Assembly (NCBI GenBank): GCA_032718475.1
Contig: JAUCBJ010007443.1
Location: 25,500-89,499, forward strand
Source of the DNA: Nemertoderma westbladi
Lineage: Eukaryota; Animalia; Xenacoelomorpha
DNA: 64,000 nt
Reading direction: 5' to 3'
Position numbers and translations under genes: made by a program. The notes below the pieces were generated by a model. That model saw only the letters and a program-made list of their open reading frames with translations, searched no databases and was not told where the DNA came from. This document shows, piece after piece, positions 1 through 15,000 of the stretch (the first letter of the stretch is position 1; every line of letters begins with the position of its first letter).

Positions 1-3000
1 TCGGCCGTGTTCCTATCAGTCCCACAGTACAGTTGGTTGTACACGTACAGGAGTTACAGTGTCGGCCGTGTTCCAATCAGTCCCACAGTACAGTTGGTTG
101 TACACGTACAGGAGTTACAGTGTCGGCCGTGTTCCAATCAGTCCCACAGTACAGTTGGTTGTACACGTACAGGAGTTACAGTGTCGGCCATGTTCCTATC
201 AGTCCCACAGTACAGTTGGTTGTACACGTACAGGAGTTACAGTGTCGGCCGTGTTCCTATCAGTCCCACAGTACAGTTGGTTGTACACGTGTACAGGAGT
301 TACAGTGTCGGCAGTGTTCCAATCAGTCCCACAGTACAGTTGGTTGTACACGTGTACAGGAGTTACAGTGTCGGACATGTTCCTATCAGTCCCACAGTAC
401 AGTTGGTTGTACACGTACAGGAGTTACAGTGTCGGACATGTTCCTATCCGTCCCACAGTACAGTTGGTTGTACACGTACAGGAGTTACAGTGTCGGCCGT
501 GTTCCTATCAGTCCCACAGTACAGTTGGTTGTACACGTACAGGAGTTACAGTGTCGGCCGTGTTCCTATCAGTCCCACAGTACAGTTGGTTGTACACGTA
601 CAGGAGTTACAGTGTCGGCCGTGTTCCTATCAGTCCCACAGTACAGTTGGTTGTACACGTACAGGAGTTACAGTGTCGGCCGTGTTCCTATCAGTCCCAC
701 AGTACAGTTGGTTGTACACGTACAGGAGTTACAGTGTCGGCAGTGTTCCAATCAGTCCCACAGTACAGTTGGTTGTACACGTACAGGAGTTACAGTGTCG
801 GAGTCCCACAGTACAGTTGGTTGTACACGTACAGGAGTTACAGTGTCGGCCGTGTTCCAATCAGTCCCACAGTACAGTTGGTTGTACACGTACAGGAGTT
901 ACAGTGTCGGCCGTGTTCCTATCAGTCCCACAGTACAGTTGGTTGTACACGTACAGGAGTTACAGTGTCGGCCGTGTTCCTATCAGTCCCACAGTACAGT
1001 TGGTTGTACACGTACAGGAGTTACAGTGTCGGCAGTGTTCCAATCAGTCCCACAGTACAGTTGGTTGTACACGTACAGGAGTTACAGTGTCGGAGTCCCA
1101 CAGTACAGTTGGTTGTACACGTACAGGAGTTACAGTGTCGGCCGTGTTCCAATCAGTCCCACAGTACAGTTGGTTGTACACGTACAGGAGTTACAGTATC
1201 GAACATGTTCCAATCAGTCCCACAGTACAGTTGGTTGTACACGTACAGGAGTTACAGTGTCGACCGTGTTCCAATCAGTCCCACAGTACAGTTGGTTGTA
1301 CACGTACAGGAGTTACAGTGTCGGCAGTGTTCCTATCAGTCCCACAGTACAGTTGGTTGTACACGTACAGGAGTTACAGTGTCGGCCGTGTTCCAATCAG
1401 TCCCACAGTACAGTTGGTTGTACACGTACAGGAGTTACAGTGTCGGCCGTGTTCCAATCAGTCCCACAGTACAGTTGGTTGTACACGTACAGGAGTTACA
1501 GTGTCGGCCGTGTTCCAATCAGTCCCACAGTACAGTTGGTTGTACACGTGTACAGGAGTTACAGTATCGGCAGTGTTCCAATCAGTCCCACAGTACAGTT
1601 GGTTGTACACGTACAGGAGTTACAGTGTCGGCCGTGTTCCAATCAGTCCCACAGTACAGTTGGTTGTACACGTACAGGAGTTACAGTGTCGGCCGTGTTC
1701 CAATCAGTCCCACAGTACAGTTGGTTGTACACGTACAGGAGTTACAGTGTCGGCCGTGTTCCAATCAGTCCCACAGTACAGTTGGTTGTACACGTGTACA
1801 GGAGTTACAGTATCGGCAGTGTTCCAATCAGTCCCACAGTACAGTTGGTTGTACACGTGTACAGGAGTTACAGTGTCGGACATGTTCCTATCAGTCCCAC
1901 AGTACAGTTGGTTGTACACGTACAGGAGTTACAGTGTCGGACATGTTCCTATCCGTCCCACAGTACAGTTGGTTGTACACGTACAGGAGTTACAGTGTCG
2001 GCCGTGTTCCTATCAGTCCCACAGTACAGTTGGTTGTACACGTACAGGAGTTACAGTGCCGGCCGTGTTCCTATCAGTCCCACAGTACAGTTGGTTGTAC
2101 ACGTACAGGAGTTACAGTGTCGGCAGTGTTCCAATCAGTCCCACAGTACAGTTGGTTGTACACGTACAGGAGTTACAGTGTCGGAGTCCCACAGTACAGT
2201 TGGTTGTACACGTACAGGAGTTACAGTGTCGGCCGTGTTCCTATCAGTCCCACAGTACAGTTGGTTGTACACGTACAGGAGTTACAGTGCCGGCCGTGTT
2301 CCAATCAGTCCCACAGTACAGTTGGTTGTACACGTACAGGAGTTACAGTGTCGGCCGTGTTCCCATCAGTCCCACAGTACAGTTGGTTGTACACGTACAG
2401 GAGTTACAGTGTCGGCCGTGTTCCAATCAGTCCCACAGTACAGTTGGTTGTACACGTACAGGAGTTACAGTGTCGGCCGTGTTCCCATCAGTCCCACAGT
2501 ACAGTTGGTTGTACACGTACAGGAGTTACAGTGTCGGCCGTGTTCCAATCAGTCCCACAGTACAGTTGGTTGTACACGTACAGGAGTTACAGTGTCGGCC
2601 GTGTTCCAATCAGTCCCACAGTACAGTTGGTTGTACACGTACAGGAGTTACAGTGTCGGCCATGTTCCTATCAGTCCCACAGTACAGTTGGTTGTACACG
2701 TACAGGAGTTACAGTGTCGGCCGTGTTCCAATCAGTCCCACAGTACAGTTGGTTGTACACGTACAGGAGTTACAGTGTCGGCCGTGTTCCTATCAGTCCC
2801 ACAGTACAGTTGGTTGTACACGTACAGGAGTTACAGTGTCGGCCATGTTCCTATCAGTCCCACAGTACAGTTGGTTGTACACGTACAGGAGTTACAGTGC
2901 CGGCCGTGTTCCAATCAGTCCCACAGTACAGTTGGTTGTACACGTACAGGAGTTACAGTGTCGGCCATGTTCCTATCAGTCCCACAGTACAGTTGGTTGT

Positions 3001-6000
3001 ACACGTACAGGAGTTACAGTGTCGGCCATGTTCCTATCAGTCCCACAGTACAGTTGGTTGTACACGTACAGGAGTTACAGTGTCGGCCGTGTTCCTATCC
3101 GTCCCACAGTACAGTTGGTTGTACACGTACAGGAGTTACAGTGTCGGCCGTGTTCCAATCAGTCCCACAGTACAGTTGGTTGTACACGTACAGGAGTTAC
3201 AGTGTCGGCCGTGTTCCTATCAGTCCCACAGTACAGTTGGTTGTACACGTACAGGAGTTACAGTGTCGGCCATGTTCCTATCAGTCCCACAGTACAGTTG
3301 GTTGTACACGTACAGGAGTTACAGTGCCGGCCGTGTTCCAATCAGTCCCACAGTACAGTTGGTTGTACACGTACAGGAGTTACAGTGTCGGCCATGTTCC
3401 TATCAGTCCCACAGTACAGTTGGTTGTACACGTACAGGAGTTACAGTGTCGGCCGTGTTCCTATCCGTCCCACAGTACAGTTGGTTGTACACGTACAGGA
3501 GTTACAGTGTCGGCCGTGTTCCAATCAGTCCCACAGTACAGTTGGTTGTACACGTACAGGAGTTACAGTGTCGGCCGTGTTCCAATCAGTCCCACAGTAC
3601 AGTTGGTTGTACACGTACAGGAGTTACAGTGCCGGCCGTGTTCCTATCAGTCCCACAGTACAGTTGGTTGTACACGTACAGGAGTTACAGTGTCGGCCGT
3701 GTTCCAATCAGTCCCACAGTACAGTTGGTTGTACACGTACAGGAGTTACAGTATCGGCCGTGTTCCTATCAGTCCCACAGTACAGTTGGTTGTACACGTA
3801 CAGGAGTTACAGTGTCGGCCATGTTCCTATCAGTCCCACAGTACAGTTGGTTGTACACGTACAGGAGTTACAGTGTCGGACATGTTCCAATCAGTCCCAC
3901 AGTACAGTTGGTTGTACACGTACAGGAGTTACAGTATCGGCCGTGTTCCTATCAGTCCCACAGTACAGTTGGTTGTACACGTACAGGAGTTACAGTGTCG
4001 GCCGTGTTCCAATCAGTCCCACAGTACAGTTGGTTGTACACGTACAGGAGTTACAGTGTCGGCCGTGTTCCTATCAGTCCCACAGTACAGTTGGTTGTAC
4101 ACGTACAGGAGTTACAGTGTCGGCCGTGTTCCTATCAGTCCCACAGTACAGTTGGTTGTACACGTACAGGAGTTACAGTGTCGGCCGTGTTCCAATCAGT
4201 CCCACAGTACAGTTGGTTGTACACGTACAGGAGTTACAGTGTCGGCCGTGTTCCTATCAGTCCCACAGTACAGTTGGTTGTACACGTACAGGAGTTACAG
4301 TGTCGGCCGTGTTCCAATCAGTCCCACAGTACAGTTGGTTGTACACGTACAGGAGTTACAGTGTCGGCCGTGTTCCTATCAGTCCCACAGTACAGTTGGT
4401 TGTACACGTACAGGAGTTACAGTGTCGGCCATGTTCCTATCAGTCCCACAGTACAGTTGGTTGTACACGTACAGGAGTTACAGTGTCGGCCGTGTTCCAA
4501 TCAGTCCCACAGTACAGTTGGTTGTACACGTACAGGAGTTACAGTGTCGGCCATGTTCCTATCAGTCCCACAGTACAGTTGGTTGTACACGTACAGGAGT
4601 TACAGTGTCGGCCATGTTCCTATCAGTCCCACAGTACAGTTGGTTGTACACGTACAGGAGTTACAGTGTCGGCCATGTTCCTATCAGTCCCACAGTACAG
4701 TTGGTTGTACACGTACAGGAGTTACAGTGTCGGCCGTGTTCCAATCAGTCCCACAGTACAGTTGGTTGTACACGTACAGGAGTTACAGTGTCGGCCATGT
4801 TCCTATCAGTCCCACAGTACAGTTGGTTGTACACGTACAGGAGTTACAGTGTCGGCCGTGTTCCTATCAGTCCCACAGTACAGTTGGTTGTACACGTACA
4901 GGAGTTACAGTGTCGGCCGTGTTCCAATCAGTCCCACAGTACAGTTGGTTGTACACGTACAGGAGTTACAGTGTCGGCCGTGTTCCAATCAGTCCCACAG
5001 TACAGTTGGTTGTACACGTACAGGAGTTACAGTGTCGGCCGTGTTCCTATCAGTCCCACAGTACAGTTGGTTGTACACGTACAGGAGTTACAGTGTCGGC
5101 CGTGTTCCAATCAGTCCCACAGTACAGTTGGTTGTACACGTACAGGAGTTACAGTGTCGGCCGTGTTCCTATCAGTCCCACAGTACAGTTGGTTGTACAC
5201 GTACAGGAGTTACAGTGTCGGCCATGTTCCTATCAGTCCCACAGTACAGTTGGTTGTACACGTACAGGAGTTACAGTGTCGGACATGTTCCAATCAGTCC
5301 CACAGTACAGTTGGTTGTACACGTACAGGAGTTACAGTGTCGGCCGTGTTCCTATCAGTCCCACAGTACAGTTGGTTGTACACGTACAGGAGTTACAGTG
5401 TCGGCCGTGTTCCAATCAGTCCCACAGTACAGTTGGTTGTACACGTACAGGAGTTACAGTATCGGCCGTGTTCCTATCAGTCCCACAGTACAGTTGGTTG
5501 TACACGTACAGGAGTTACAGTGTCGGCCGTGTTCCTATCAGTCCCACAGTACAGTTGGTTGTACACGTACAGGAGTTACAGTGTCGGCCGTGTTCCAATC
5601 AGTCCCACAGTACAGTTGGTTGTACACGTACAGGAGTTACAGTGTCGGCCGTGTTCCTATCAGTCCCACAGTACAGTTGGTTGTACACGTACAGGAGTTA
5701 CAGTGTCGGCCGTGTTCCTATCAGTCCCACAGTACAGTTGGTTGTACACGTACAGGAGTTACAGTGTCGGCCGTGTTCCAATCAGTCCCACAGTACAGTT
5801 GGTTGTACACGTACAGGAGTTACAGTGTCGGCCGTGTTCCTATCAGTCCCACAGTACAGTTGGTTGTACACGTACAGGAGTTACAGTGTCGGCCGTGTTC
5901 CTATCAGTCCCACAGTACAGTTGGTTGTACACGTGTACAGGAGTTACAGTGTCGGCAGTGTTCCAATCAGTCCCACAGTACAGTTGGTTGTACACGTACA

Positions 6001-9000
6001 GGAGTTACAGTGTCGGCCATGTTCCTATCAGTCCCACAGTACAGTTGGTTGTACACGTACAGGAGTTACAGTGTCGGCCGTGTTCCTATCAGTCCCACAG
6101 TACAGTTGGTTGTACACGTACAGGAGTTACAGTGTCGGCCGTGTTCCAATCAGTCCCACAGTACAGTTGGTTGTACACGTACAGGAGTTACAGTGTCGGC
6201 CGTGTTCCTATCAGTCCCACAGTACAGTTGGTTGTACACGTACAGGAGTTACAGTGTCGGCCGTGTTCCAATCAGTCCCACAGTACAGTTGGTTGTACAC
6301 GTACAGGAGTTACAGTGTCGGCCGTGTTCCTATCAGTCCCACAGTACAGTTGGTTGTACACGTACAGGAGTTACAGTGTCGGCCGTGTTCCAATCAGTCC
6401 CACAGTACAGTTGGTTGTACACGTACAGGAGTTACAGTGTCGGCCGTGTTCCTATCAGTCCCACAGTACAGTTGGTTGTACACGTACAGGAGTTACAGTG
6501 TCGGCCGTGTTCCTATCAGTCCCACAGTACAGTTGGTTGTACACGTACAGGAGTTACAGTGTCGGCCGTGTTCCTATCAGTCCCACAGTACAGTTGGTTG
6601 TACACGTACAGGAGTTACAGTGTCGGCCGTGTTCCAATCAGTCCCACAGTACAGTTGGTTGTACACGTACAGGAGTTACAGTGTCGGCCGTGTTCCTATC
6701 AGTCCCACAGTACAGTTGGTTGTACACGTACAGGAGTTACAGTGTCGGCCGTGTTCCTATCAGTCCCACAGTACAGTTGGTTGTACACGTACAGGAGTTA
6801 CAGTGTCGGCCGTGTTCCAATCAGTCCCACAGTACAGTTGGTTGTACACGTACAGGAGTTACAGTGTCGGCCGTGTTCCTATCAGTCCCACAGTACAGTT
6901 GGTTGTACACGTACAGGAGTTACAGTGTCGGCCGTGTTCCTATCAGTCCCACAGTACAGTTGGTTGTACACGTACAGGAGTTACAGTGTCGGCAGTGTTC
7001 CAATCAGTCCCACAGTACAGTTGGTTGTACACGTACAGGAGTTACAGTGTCGGCCATGTTCCTATCAGTCCCACAGTACAGTTGGTTGTACACGTACAGG
7101 AGTTACAGTGTCGGCCGTGTTCCTATCAGTCCCACAGTACAGTTGGTTGTACACGTACAGGAGTTACAGTGTCGGCCGTGTTCCAATCAGTCCCACAGTA
7201 CAGTTGGTTGTACACGTACAGGAGTTACAGTGTCGGCCGTGTTCCTATCAGTCCCACAGTACAGTTGGTTGTACACGTACAGGAGTTACAGTGTCGGCCG
7301 TGTTCCAATCAGTCCCACAGTACAGTTGGTTGTACACGTACAGGAGTTACAGTGTCGGCCGTGTTCCTATCAGTCCCACAGTACAGTTGGTTGTACACGT
7401 ACAGGAGTTACAGTGTCGGCCGTGTTCCAATCAGTCCCACAGTACAGTTGGTTGTACACGTACAGGAGTTACAGTGTCGGCCGTGTTCCTATCAGTCCCA
7501 CAGTACAGTTGGTTGTACACGTACAGGAGTTACAGTGTCGGCCGTGTTCCTATCAGTCCCACAGTACAGTTGGTTGTACACGTACAGGAGTTACAGTGTC
7601 GGCCGTGTTCCAATCAGTCCCACAGTACAGTTGGTTGTACACGTACAGGAGTTACAGTGTCGGCCGTGTTCCAATCAGTCCCACAGTACAGTTGGTTGTA
7701 CACGTACAGGAGTTACAGTGTCGGCCGTGTTCCTATCAGTCCCACAGTACAGTTGGTTGTACACGTACAGGAGTTACAGTGTCGGCCGTGTTCCTATCAG
7801 TCCCACAGTACAGTTGGTTGTACACGTACAGGAGTTACAGTGTCGGCCGTGTTCCTATCAGTCCCACAGTACAGTTGGTTGTACACGTACAGGAGTTACA
7901 GTGTCGGCCGTGTTCCTATCAGTCCCACAGTACAGTTGGTTGTACACGTACAGGAGTTACAGTGTCGGCCGTGTTCCTATCAGTCCCACAGTACAGTTGG
8001 TTGTACACGTACAGGAGTTACAGTGTCGCCGTGTTCCATCAGTCCCACAGTACAGTTGGTTGTACACGTACAGGAGTTACAGTGTCGGCCGTGTTCCAAT
8101 CAGTCCCACAGTACAGTTGGTTGTACACGTACAGGAGTTACAGTGTCGGCCGTGTTCCTATCAGTCCCACAGTACAGTTGGTTGTACACGTACAGGAGTT
8201 ACAGTGTCGGCCGTGTTCCTATCAGTCCCACAGTACAGTTGGTTGTACACGTACAGGAGTTACAGTGTCGGAGTCCCACAGTACAGTTGGTTGTACACGT
8301 ACAGGAGTTACAGTGTCGGCCGTGTTCCAATCAGTCCCACAGTACAGTTGGTTGTACACGTACAGGAGTTACAGTGTCGGCCGTGTTCCTATCAGTCCCA
8401 CAGTACAGTTGGTTGTACACGTACAGGAGTTACAGTGTCGGCCGTGTTCCTATCAGTCCCACAGTACAGTTGGTTGTACACGTACAGGAGTTACAGTGTC
8501 GGCAGTGTTCCAATCAGTCCCACAGTACAGTTGGTTGTACACGTACAGGAGTTACAGTGTCGGAGTCCCACAGTACAGTTGGTTGTACACGTACAGGAGT
8601 TACAGTGTCGGCCGTGTTCCAATCAGTCCCACAGTACAGTTGGTTGTACACGTACAGGAGTTACAGTGTCGAACATGTTCCAATCAGTCCCACAGTACAG
8701 TTGGTTGTACACGTACAGGAGTTACAGTGTCGACCGTGTTCCAATCAGTCCCACAGTACAGTTGGTTGTACACGTACAGGAGTTACAGTGTCGGCAGTGT
8801 TCCTATCAGTCCCACAGTACAGTTGGTTGTACACGTACAGGAGTTACAGTGCCGGCCGTGTTCCAATCAGTCCCACAGTACAGTTGGTTGTACACGTACA
8901 GGAGTTACAGTGTCGGCCGTGTTCCAATCAGTCCCACAGTACAGTTGGTTGTACACGTACAGGAGTTACAGTGTCGGCCGTGTTCCAATCAGTCCCACAG

Positions 9001-12000
9001 TACAGTTGGTTGTACACGTGTACAGGAGTTACAGTATCGGCAGTGTTCCAATCAGTCCCACAGTACAGTTGGTTGTACACGTACAGGAGTTACAGTGTCG
9101 GCCGTGTTCCAATCAGTCCCACAGTACAGTTGGTTGTACACGTACAGGAGTTACAGTGTCGGCCGTGTTCCAATCAGTCCCACAGTACAGTTGGTTGTAC
9201 ACGTACAGGAGTTACAGTGTCGGCCGTGTTCCAATCAGTCCCACAGTACAGTTGGTTGTACACGGTACAGGAGTTACAGTATCGGCAGTGTTCCAATCAG
9301 TCCCACAGTACAGTTGGTTGTACACGTGTACAGGAGTTACAGTGTCGGACATGTTCCTATCAGTCCCACAGTACAGTTGGTTGTACACGTACAGGAGTTA
9401 CAGTGTCGGACATGTTCCTATCCGTCCCACAGTACAGTTGGTTGTACACGTACAGGAGTTACAGTGTCGGCCGTGTTCCTATCAGTCCCACAGTACAGTT
9501 GGTTGTACACGTACAGGAGTTACAGTGCCGGCCGTGTTCCTATCAGTCCCACAGTACAGTTGGTTGTACACGTACAGGAGTTACAGTGTCGGCAGTGTTC
9601 CAATCAGTCCCACAGTACAGTTGGTTGTACACGTACAGGAGTTACAGTGTCGGAGTCCCACAGTACAGTTGGTTGTACACGTACAGGAGTTACAGTGTCG
9701 GCCGTGTTCCTATCAGTCCCACAGTACAGTTGGTTGTACACGTACAGGAGTTACAGTGCCGGCCGTGTTCCAATCAGTCCCACAGTACAGTTGGTTGTAC
9801 ACGTACAGGAGTTACAGTGTCGGCCGTGTTCCCATCAGTCCCACAGTACAGTTGGTTGTACACGTACAGGAGTTACAGTGTCGGCCGTGTTCCAATCAGT
9901 CCCACAGTACAGTTGGTTGTACACGTACAGGAGTTACAGTGTCGGCCGTGTTCCCATCAGTCCCACAGTACAGTTGGTTGTACACGTACAGGAGTTACAG
10001 TGTCGGCCGTGTTCCAATCAGTCCCACAGTACAGTTGGTTGTACACGTACAGGAGTTACAGTGTCGGCCGTGTTCCAATCAGTCCCACAGTACAGTTGGT
10101 TGTACACGTACAGGAGTTACAGTGTCGGCCATGTTCCTATCAGTCCCACAGTACAGTTGGTTGTACACGTACAGGAGTTACAGTGTCGGCCGTGTTCCAA
10201 TCAGTCCCACAGTACAGTTGGTTGTACACGTACAGGAGTTACAGTGTCGGCCGTGTTCCTATCAGTCCCACAGTACAGTTGGTTGTACACGTACAGGAGT
10301 TACAGTGTCGGCCATGTTCCTATCAGTCCCACAGTACAGTTGGTTGTACACGTACAGGAGTTACAGTGCCGGCCGTGTTCCAATCAGTCCCACAGTACAG
10401 TTGGTTGTACACGTACAGGAGTTACAGTGTCGGCCATGTTCCTATCAGTCCCACAGTACAGTTGGTTGTACACGTACAGGAGTTACAGTGTCGGCCATGT
10501 TCCTATCAGTCCCACAGTACAGTTGGTTGTACACGTACAGGAGTTACAGTGTCGGCCGTGTTCCTATCCGTCCCACAGTACAGTTGGTTGTACACGTACA
10601 GGAGTTACAGTGTCGGCCGTGTTCCAATCAGTCCCACAGTACAGTTGGTTGTACACGTACAGGAGTTACAGTGTCGGCCGTGTTCCTATCAGTCCCACAG
10701 TACAGTTGGTTGTACACGTACAGGAGTTACAGTGTGGGCCATGTTCCTATCAGTCCCACAGTACAGTTGGTTGTACACGTACAGGAGTTACAGTGCCGGC
10801 CGTGTTCCAATCAGTCCCACAGTACAGTTGGTTGTACACGTACAGGAGTTACAGTGTCGGCCATGTTCCTATCAGTCCCACAGTACAGTTGGTTGTACAC
10901 GTACAGGAGTTACAGTGTCGGCCGTGTTCCTATCCGTCCCACAGTACAGTTGGTTGTACACGTACAGGAGTTACAGTGCCGGCCGTGTTCCAATCAGTCC
11001 CACAGTACAGTTGGTTGTACACGTACAGGAGTTACAGTGTCGGCCGTGTTCCAATCAGTCCCACAGTACAGTTGGTTGTACACGTACAGGAGTTACAGTG
11101 CCGGCCGTGTTCCTATCAGTCCCACAGTACAGTTGGTTGTACACGTACAGGAGTTACAGTGTCGGCCGTGTTCCAATCAGTCCCACAGTACAGTTGGTTG
11201 TACACGTACAGGAGTTACAGTATCGGCCGTGTTCCTATCAGTCCCACAGTACAGTTGGTTGTACACGTACAGGAGTTACAGTGTCGGCCATGTTCCTATC
11301 AGTCCCACAGTACAGTTGGTTGTACACGTACAGGAGTTACAGTGTCGGACATGTTCCAATCAGTCCCACAGTACAGTTGGTTGTACACGTACAGGAGTTA
11401 CAGTATCGGCCGTGTTCCTATCAGTCCCACAGTACAGTTGGTTGTACACGTACAGGAGTTACAGTGCCGGCCGTGTTCCAATCAGTCCCACAGTACAGTT
11501 GGTTGTACACGTACAGGAGTTACAGTATCGGCCGTGTTCCTATCAGTCCCACAGTACAGTTGGTTGTACACGTACAGGAGTTACAGTGTCGGCCGTGTTC
11601 CTATCAGTCCCACAGTACAGTTGGTTGTACACGTACAGGAGTTACAGTGTCGGCCGTGTTCCAATCAGTCCCACAGTACAGTTGGTTGTACACGTACAGG
11701 AGTTACAGTATCGGCCGTGTTCCTATCAGTCCCACAGTACAGTTGGTTGTACACGTACAGGAGTTACAGTGTCGGCCGTGTTCCTATCAGTCCCACAGTA
11801 CAGTTGGTTGTACACGTACAGGAGTTACAGTGTCGGCCGTGTTCCAATCAGTCCCACAGTACAGTTGGTTGTACACGTACAGGAGTTACAGTGTCGGCCG
11901 TGTTCCTATCAGTCCCACAGTACAGTTGGTTGTACACGTACAGGAGTTACAGTGCCGGCCGTGTTCCTATCAGTCCCACAGTACAGTTGGTTGTACACGT

Positions 12001-15000
12001 GTACAGGAGTTACAGTATCGGCAGTGTTCCAATCAGTCCCACAGTACAGTTGGTTGTACACGTGTACAGGAGTTACAGTGTCGGACATGTTCCTATCAGT
12101 CCCACAGTACAGTTGGTTGTACACGTACAGGAGTTACAGTGTCGGCCGTGTTCCTATCCGTCCCACAGTACAGTTGGTTGTACACGTACAGGAGTTACAG
12201 TGTCGGCCGTGTTCCAATCAGTCCCACAGTACAGTTGGTTGTACACGTACAGGAGTTACAGTGTCGGCCGTGTTCCTATCAGTCCCACAGTACAGTTGGT
12301 TGTACACGTACAGGAGTTACAGTGTCGGCCGTGTTCCAATCAGTCCCACAGTACAGTTGGTTGTACACGTACAGGAGTTACAGTGTCGGCCGTGTTCCAA
12401 TCAGTCCCACAGTACAGTTGGTTGTACACGTACAGGAGTTACAGTGTCGGCCGTGTTCCTATCAGTCCCACAGTACAGTTGGTTGTACACGTACAGGAGT
12501 TACAGTGTCGGCCGTGTTCCTATCAGTCCCACAGTACAGTTGGTTGTACACGTACAGGAGTTACAGTGTCGGCCATGTTCCTATCAGTCCCACAGTACAG
12601 TTGGTTGTACACGTACAGGAGTTACAGTGTCGGCCGTGTTCCTATCAGTCCCACAGTACAGTTGGTTGTACACGTACAGGAGTTACAGTGTCGGCCATGT
12701 TCCTATCAGTCCCACAGTACAGTTGGTTGTACACGTACAGGAGTTACAGTGTCGGCCGTGTTCCTATCAGTCCCACAGTACAGTTGGTTGTACACGTACA
12801 GGAGTTACAGTGTCGGCCATGTTCCTATCAGTCCCACAGTACAGTTGGTTGTACACGTACAGGAGTTACAGTGTCGGCCGTGTTCCTATCAGTCCCACAG
12901 TACAGTTGGTTGTACACGTACAGGAGTTACAGTGTCGGCCGTGTTCCTATCAGTCCCACAGTACAGTTGGTTGTACACGTACAGGAGTTACAGTGTCGGC
13001 CGTGTTCCAATCAGTCCCACAGTACAGTTGGTTGTACACGTACAGGAGTTACAGTGTCGGCCGTGTTCCTATCAGTCCCACAGTACAGTTGGTTGTACAC
13101 GTACAGGAGTTACAGTGTCGGCCGTGTTCCAATCAGTCCCACAGTACAGTTGGTTGTACACGTACAGGAGTTACAGTGTCGGCCATGTTCCTATCAGTCC
13201 CACAGTACAGTTGGTTGTACACGTACAGGAGTTACAGTGTCGGCCGTGTTCCAATCAGTCCCACAGTACAGTTGGTTGTACACGTACAGGAGTTACAGTG
13301 TCGGCCGTGTTCCTATCAGTCCCACAGTACAGTTGGTTGTACACGTACAGGAGTTACAGTGTCGGCCATGTTCCTATCAGTCCCACAGTACAGTTGGTTG
13401 TACACGTACAGGAGTTACAGTGTCGGCCGTGTTCCAATCAGTCCCACAGTACAGTTGGTTGTACACGTACAGGAGTTACAGTGTCGGCCGTGTTCCTATC
13501 AGTCCCACAGTACAGTTGGTTGTACACGTACAGGAGTTACAGTGTCGGCCGTGTTCCTATCAGTCCCACAGTACAGTTGGTTGTACACGTACAGGAGTTA
13601 CAGTGTCGGCCGTGTTCCTATCAGTCCCACAGTACAGTTGGTTGTACACGTACAGGAGTTACAGTGTCGGCCGTGTTCCAATCAGTCCCACAGTACAGTT
13701 GGTTGTACACGTACAGGAGTTACAGTGTCGGCCGTGTTCCTATCAGTCCCACAGTACAGTTGGTTGTACACGTACAGGAGTTACAGTGTCGGCCATGTTC
13801 CTATCAGTCCCACAGTACAGTTGGTTGTACACGTACAGGAGTTACAGTGTCGGCCGTGTTCCAATCAGTCCCACAGTACAGTTGGTTGTACACGTACAGG
13901 AGTTACAGTGTCGGCCATGTTCCTATCAGTCCCACAGTACAGTTGGTTGTACACGTACAGGAGTTACAGTGTCGGCCGTGTTCCTATCCGTCCCACAGTA
14001 CAGTTGGTTGTACACGTACAGGAGTTACAGTGTCGGCCGTGTTCCAATCAGTCCCACAGTACAGTTGGTTGTACACGTACAGGAGTTACAGTGTCGGCCG
14101 TGTTCCAATCAGTCCCACAGTACAGTTGGTTGTACACGTACAGGAGTTACAGTGTCGGCCGTGTTCCTATCAGTCCCACAGTACAGTTGGTTGTACACGT
14201 ACAGGAGTTACAGTGTCGGCCGTGTTCCAATCAGTCCCACAGTACAGTTGGTTGTACACGTACAGGAGTTACAGTGTCGGCCGTGTTCCTATCAGTCCCA
14301 CAGTACAGTTGGTTGTACACGTACAGGAGTTACAGTGTCGGCCATGTTCCTATCAGTCCCACAGTACAGTTGGTTGTACACGTACAGGAGTTACAGTGTC
14401 GGCCGTGTTCCAATCAGTCCCACAGTACAGTTGGTTGTACACGTACAGGAGTTACAGTGTCGGCCGTGTTCCTATCAGTCCCACAGTACAGTTGGTTGTA
14501 CACGTACAGGAGTTACAGTGTCGGCCGTGTTCCAATCAGTCCCACAGTACAGTTGGTTGTACACGTACAGGAGTTACAGTATCGGCCGTGTTCCTATCAG
14601 TCCCACAGTACAGTTGGTTGTACACGTACAGGAGTTACAGTGTCGGCCGTGTTCCTATCAGTCCCACAGTACAGTTGGTTGTACACGTACAGGAGTTACA
14701 GTGTCGGCCGTGTTCCAATCAGTCCCACAGTACAGTTGGTTGTACACGTACAGGAGTTACAGTGTCGGCCGTGTTCCTATCAGTCCCACAGTACAGTTGG
14801 TTGTACACGTACAGGAGTTACAGTGTCGGCCGTGTTCCTATCAGTCCCACAGTACAGTTGGTTGTACACGTACAGGAGTTACAGTATCGGCCGTGTTCCA
14901 ATCAGTCCCACAGTACAGTTGGTTGTACACGTACAGGAGTTACAGTGTCGGCCGTGTTCCTATCAGTCCCACAGTACAGTTGGTTGTACACGTACAGGAG

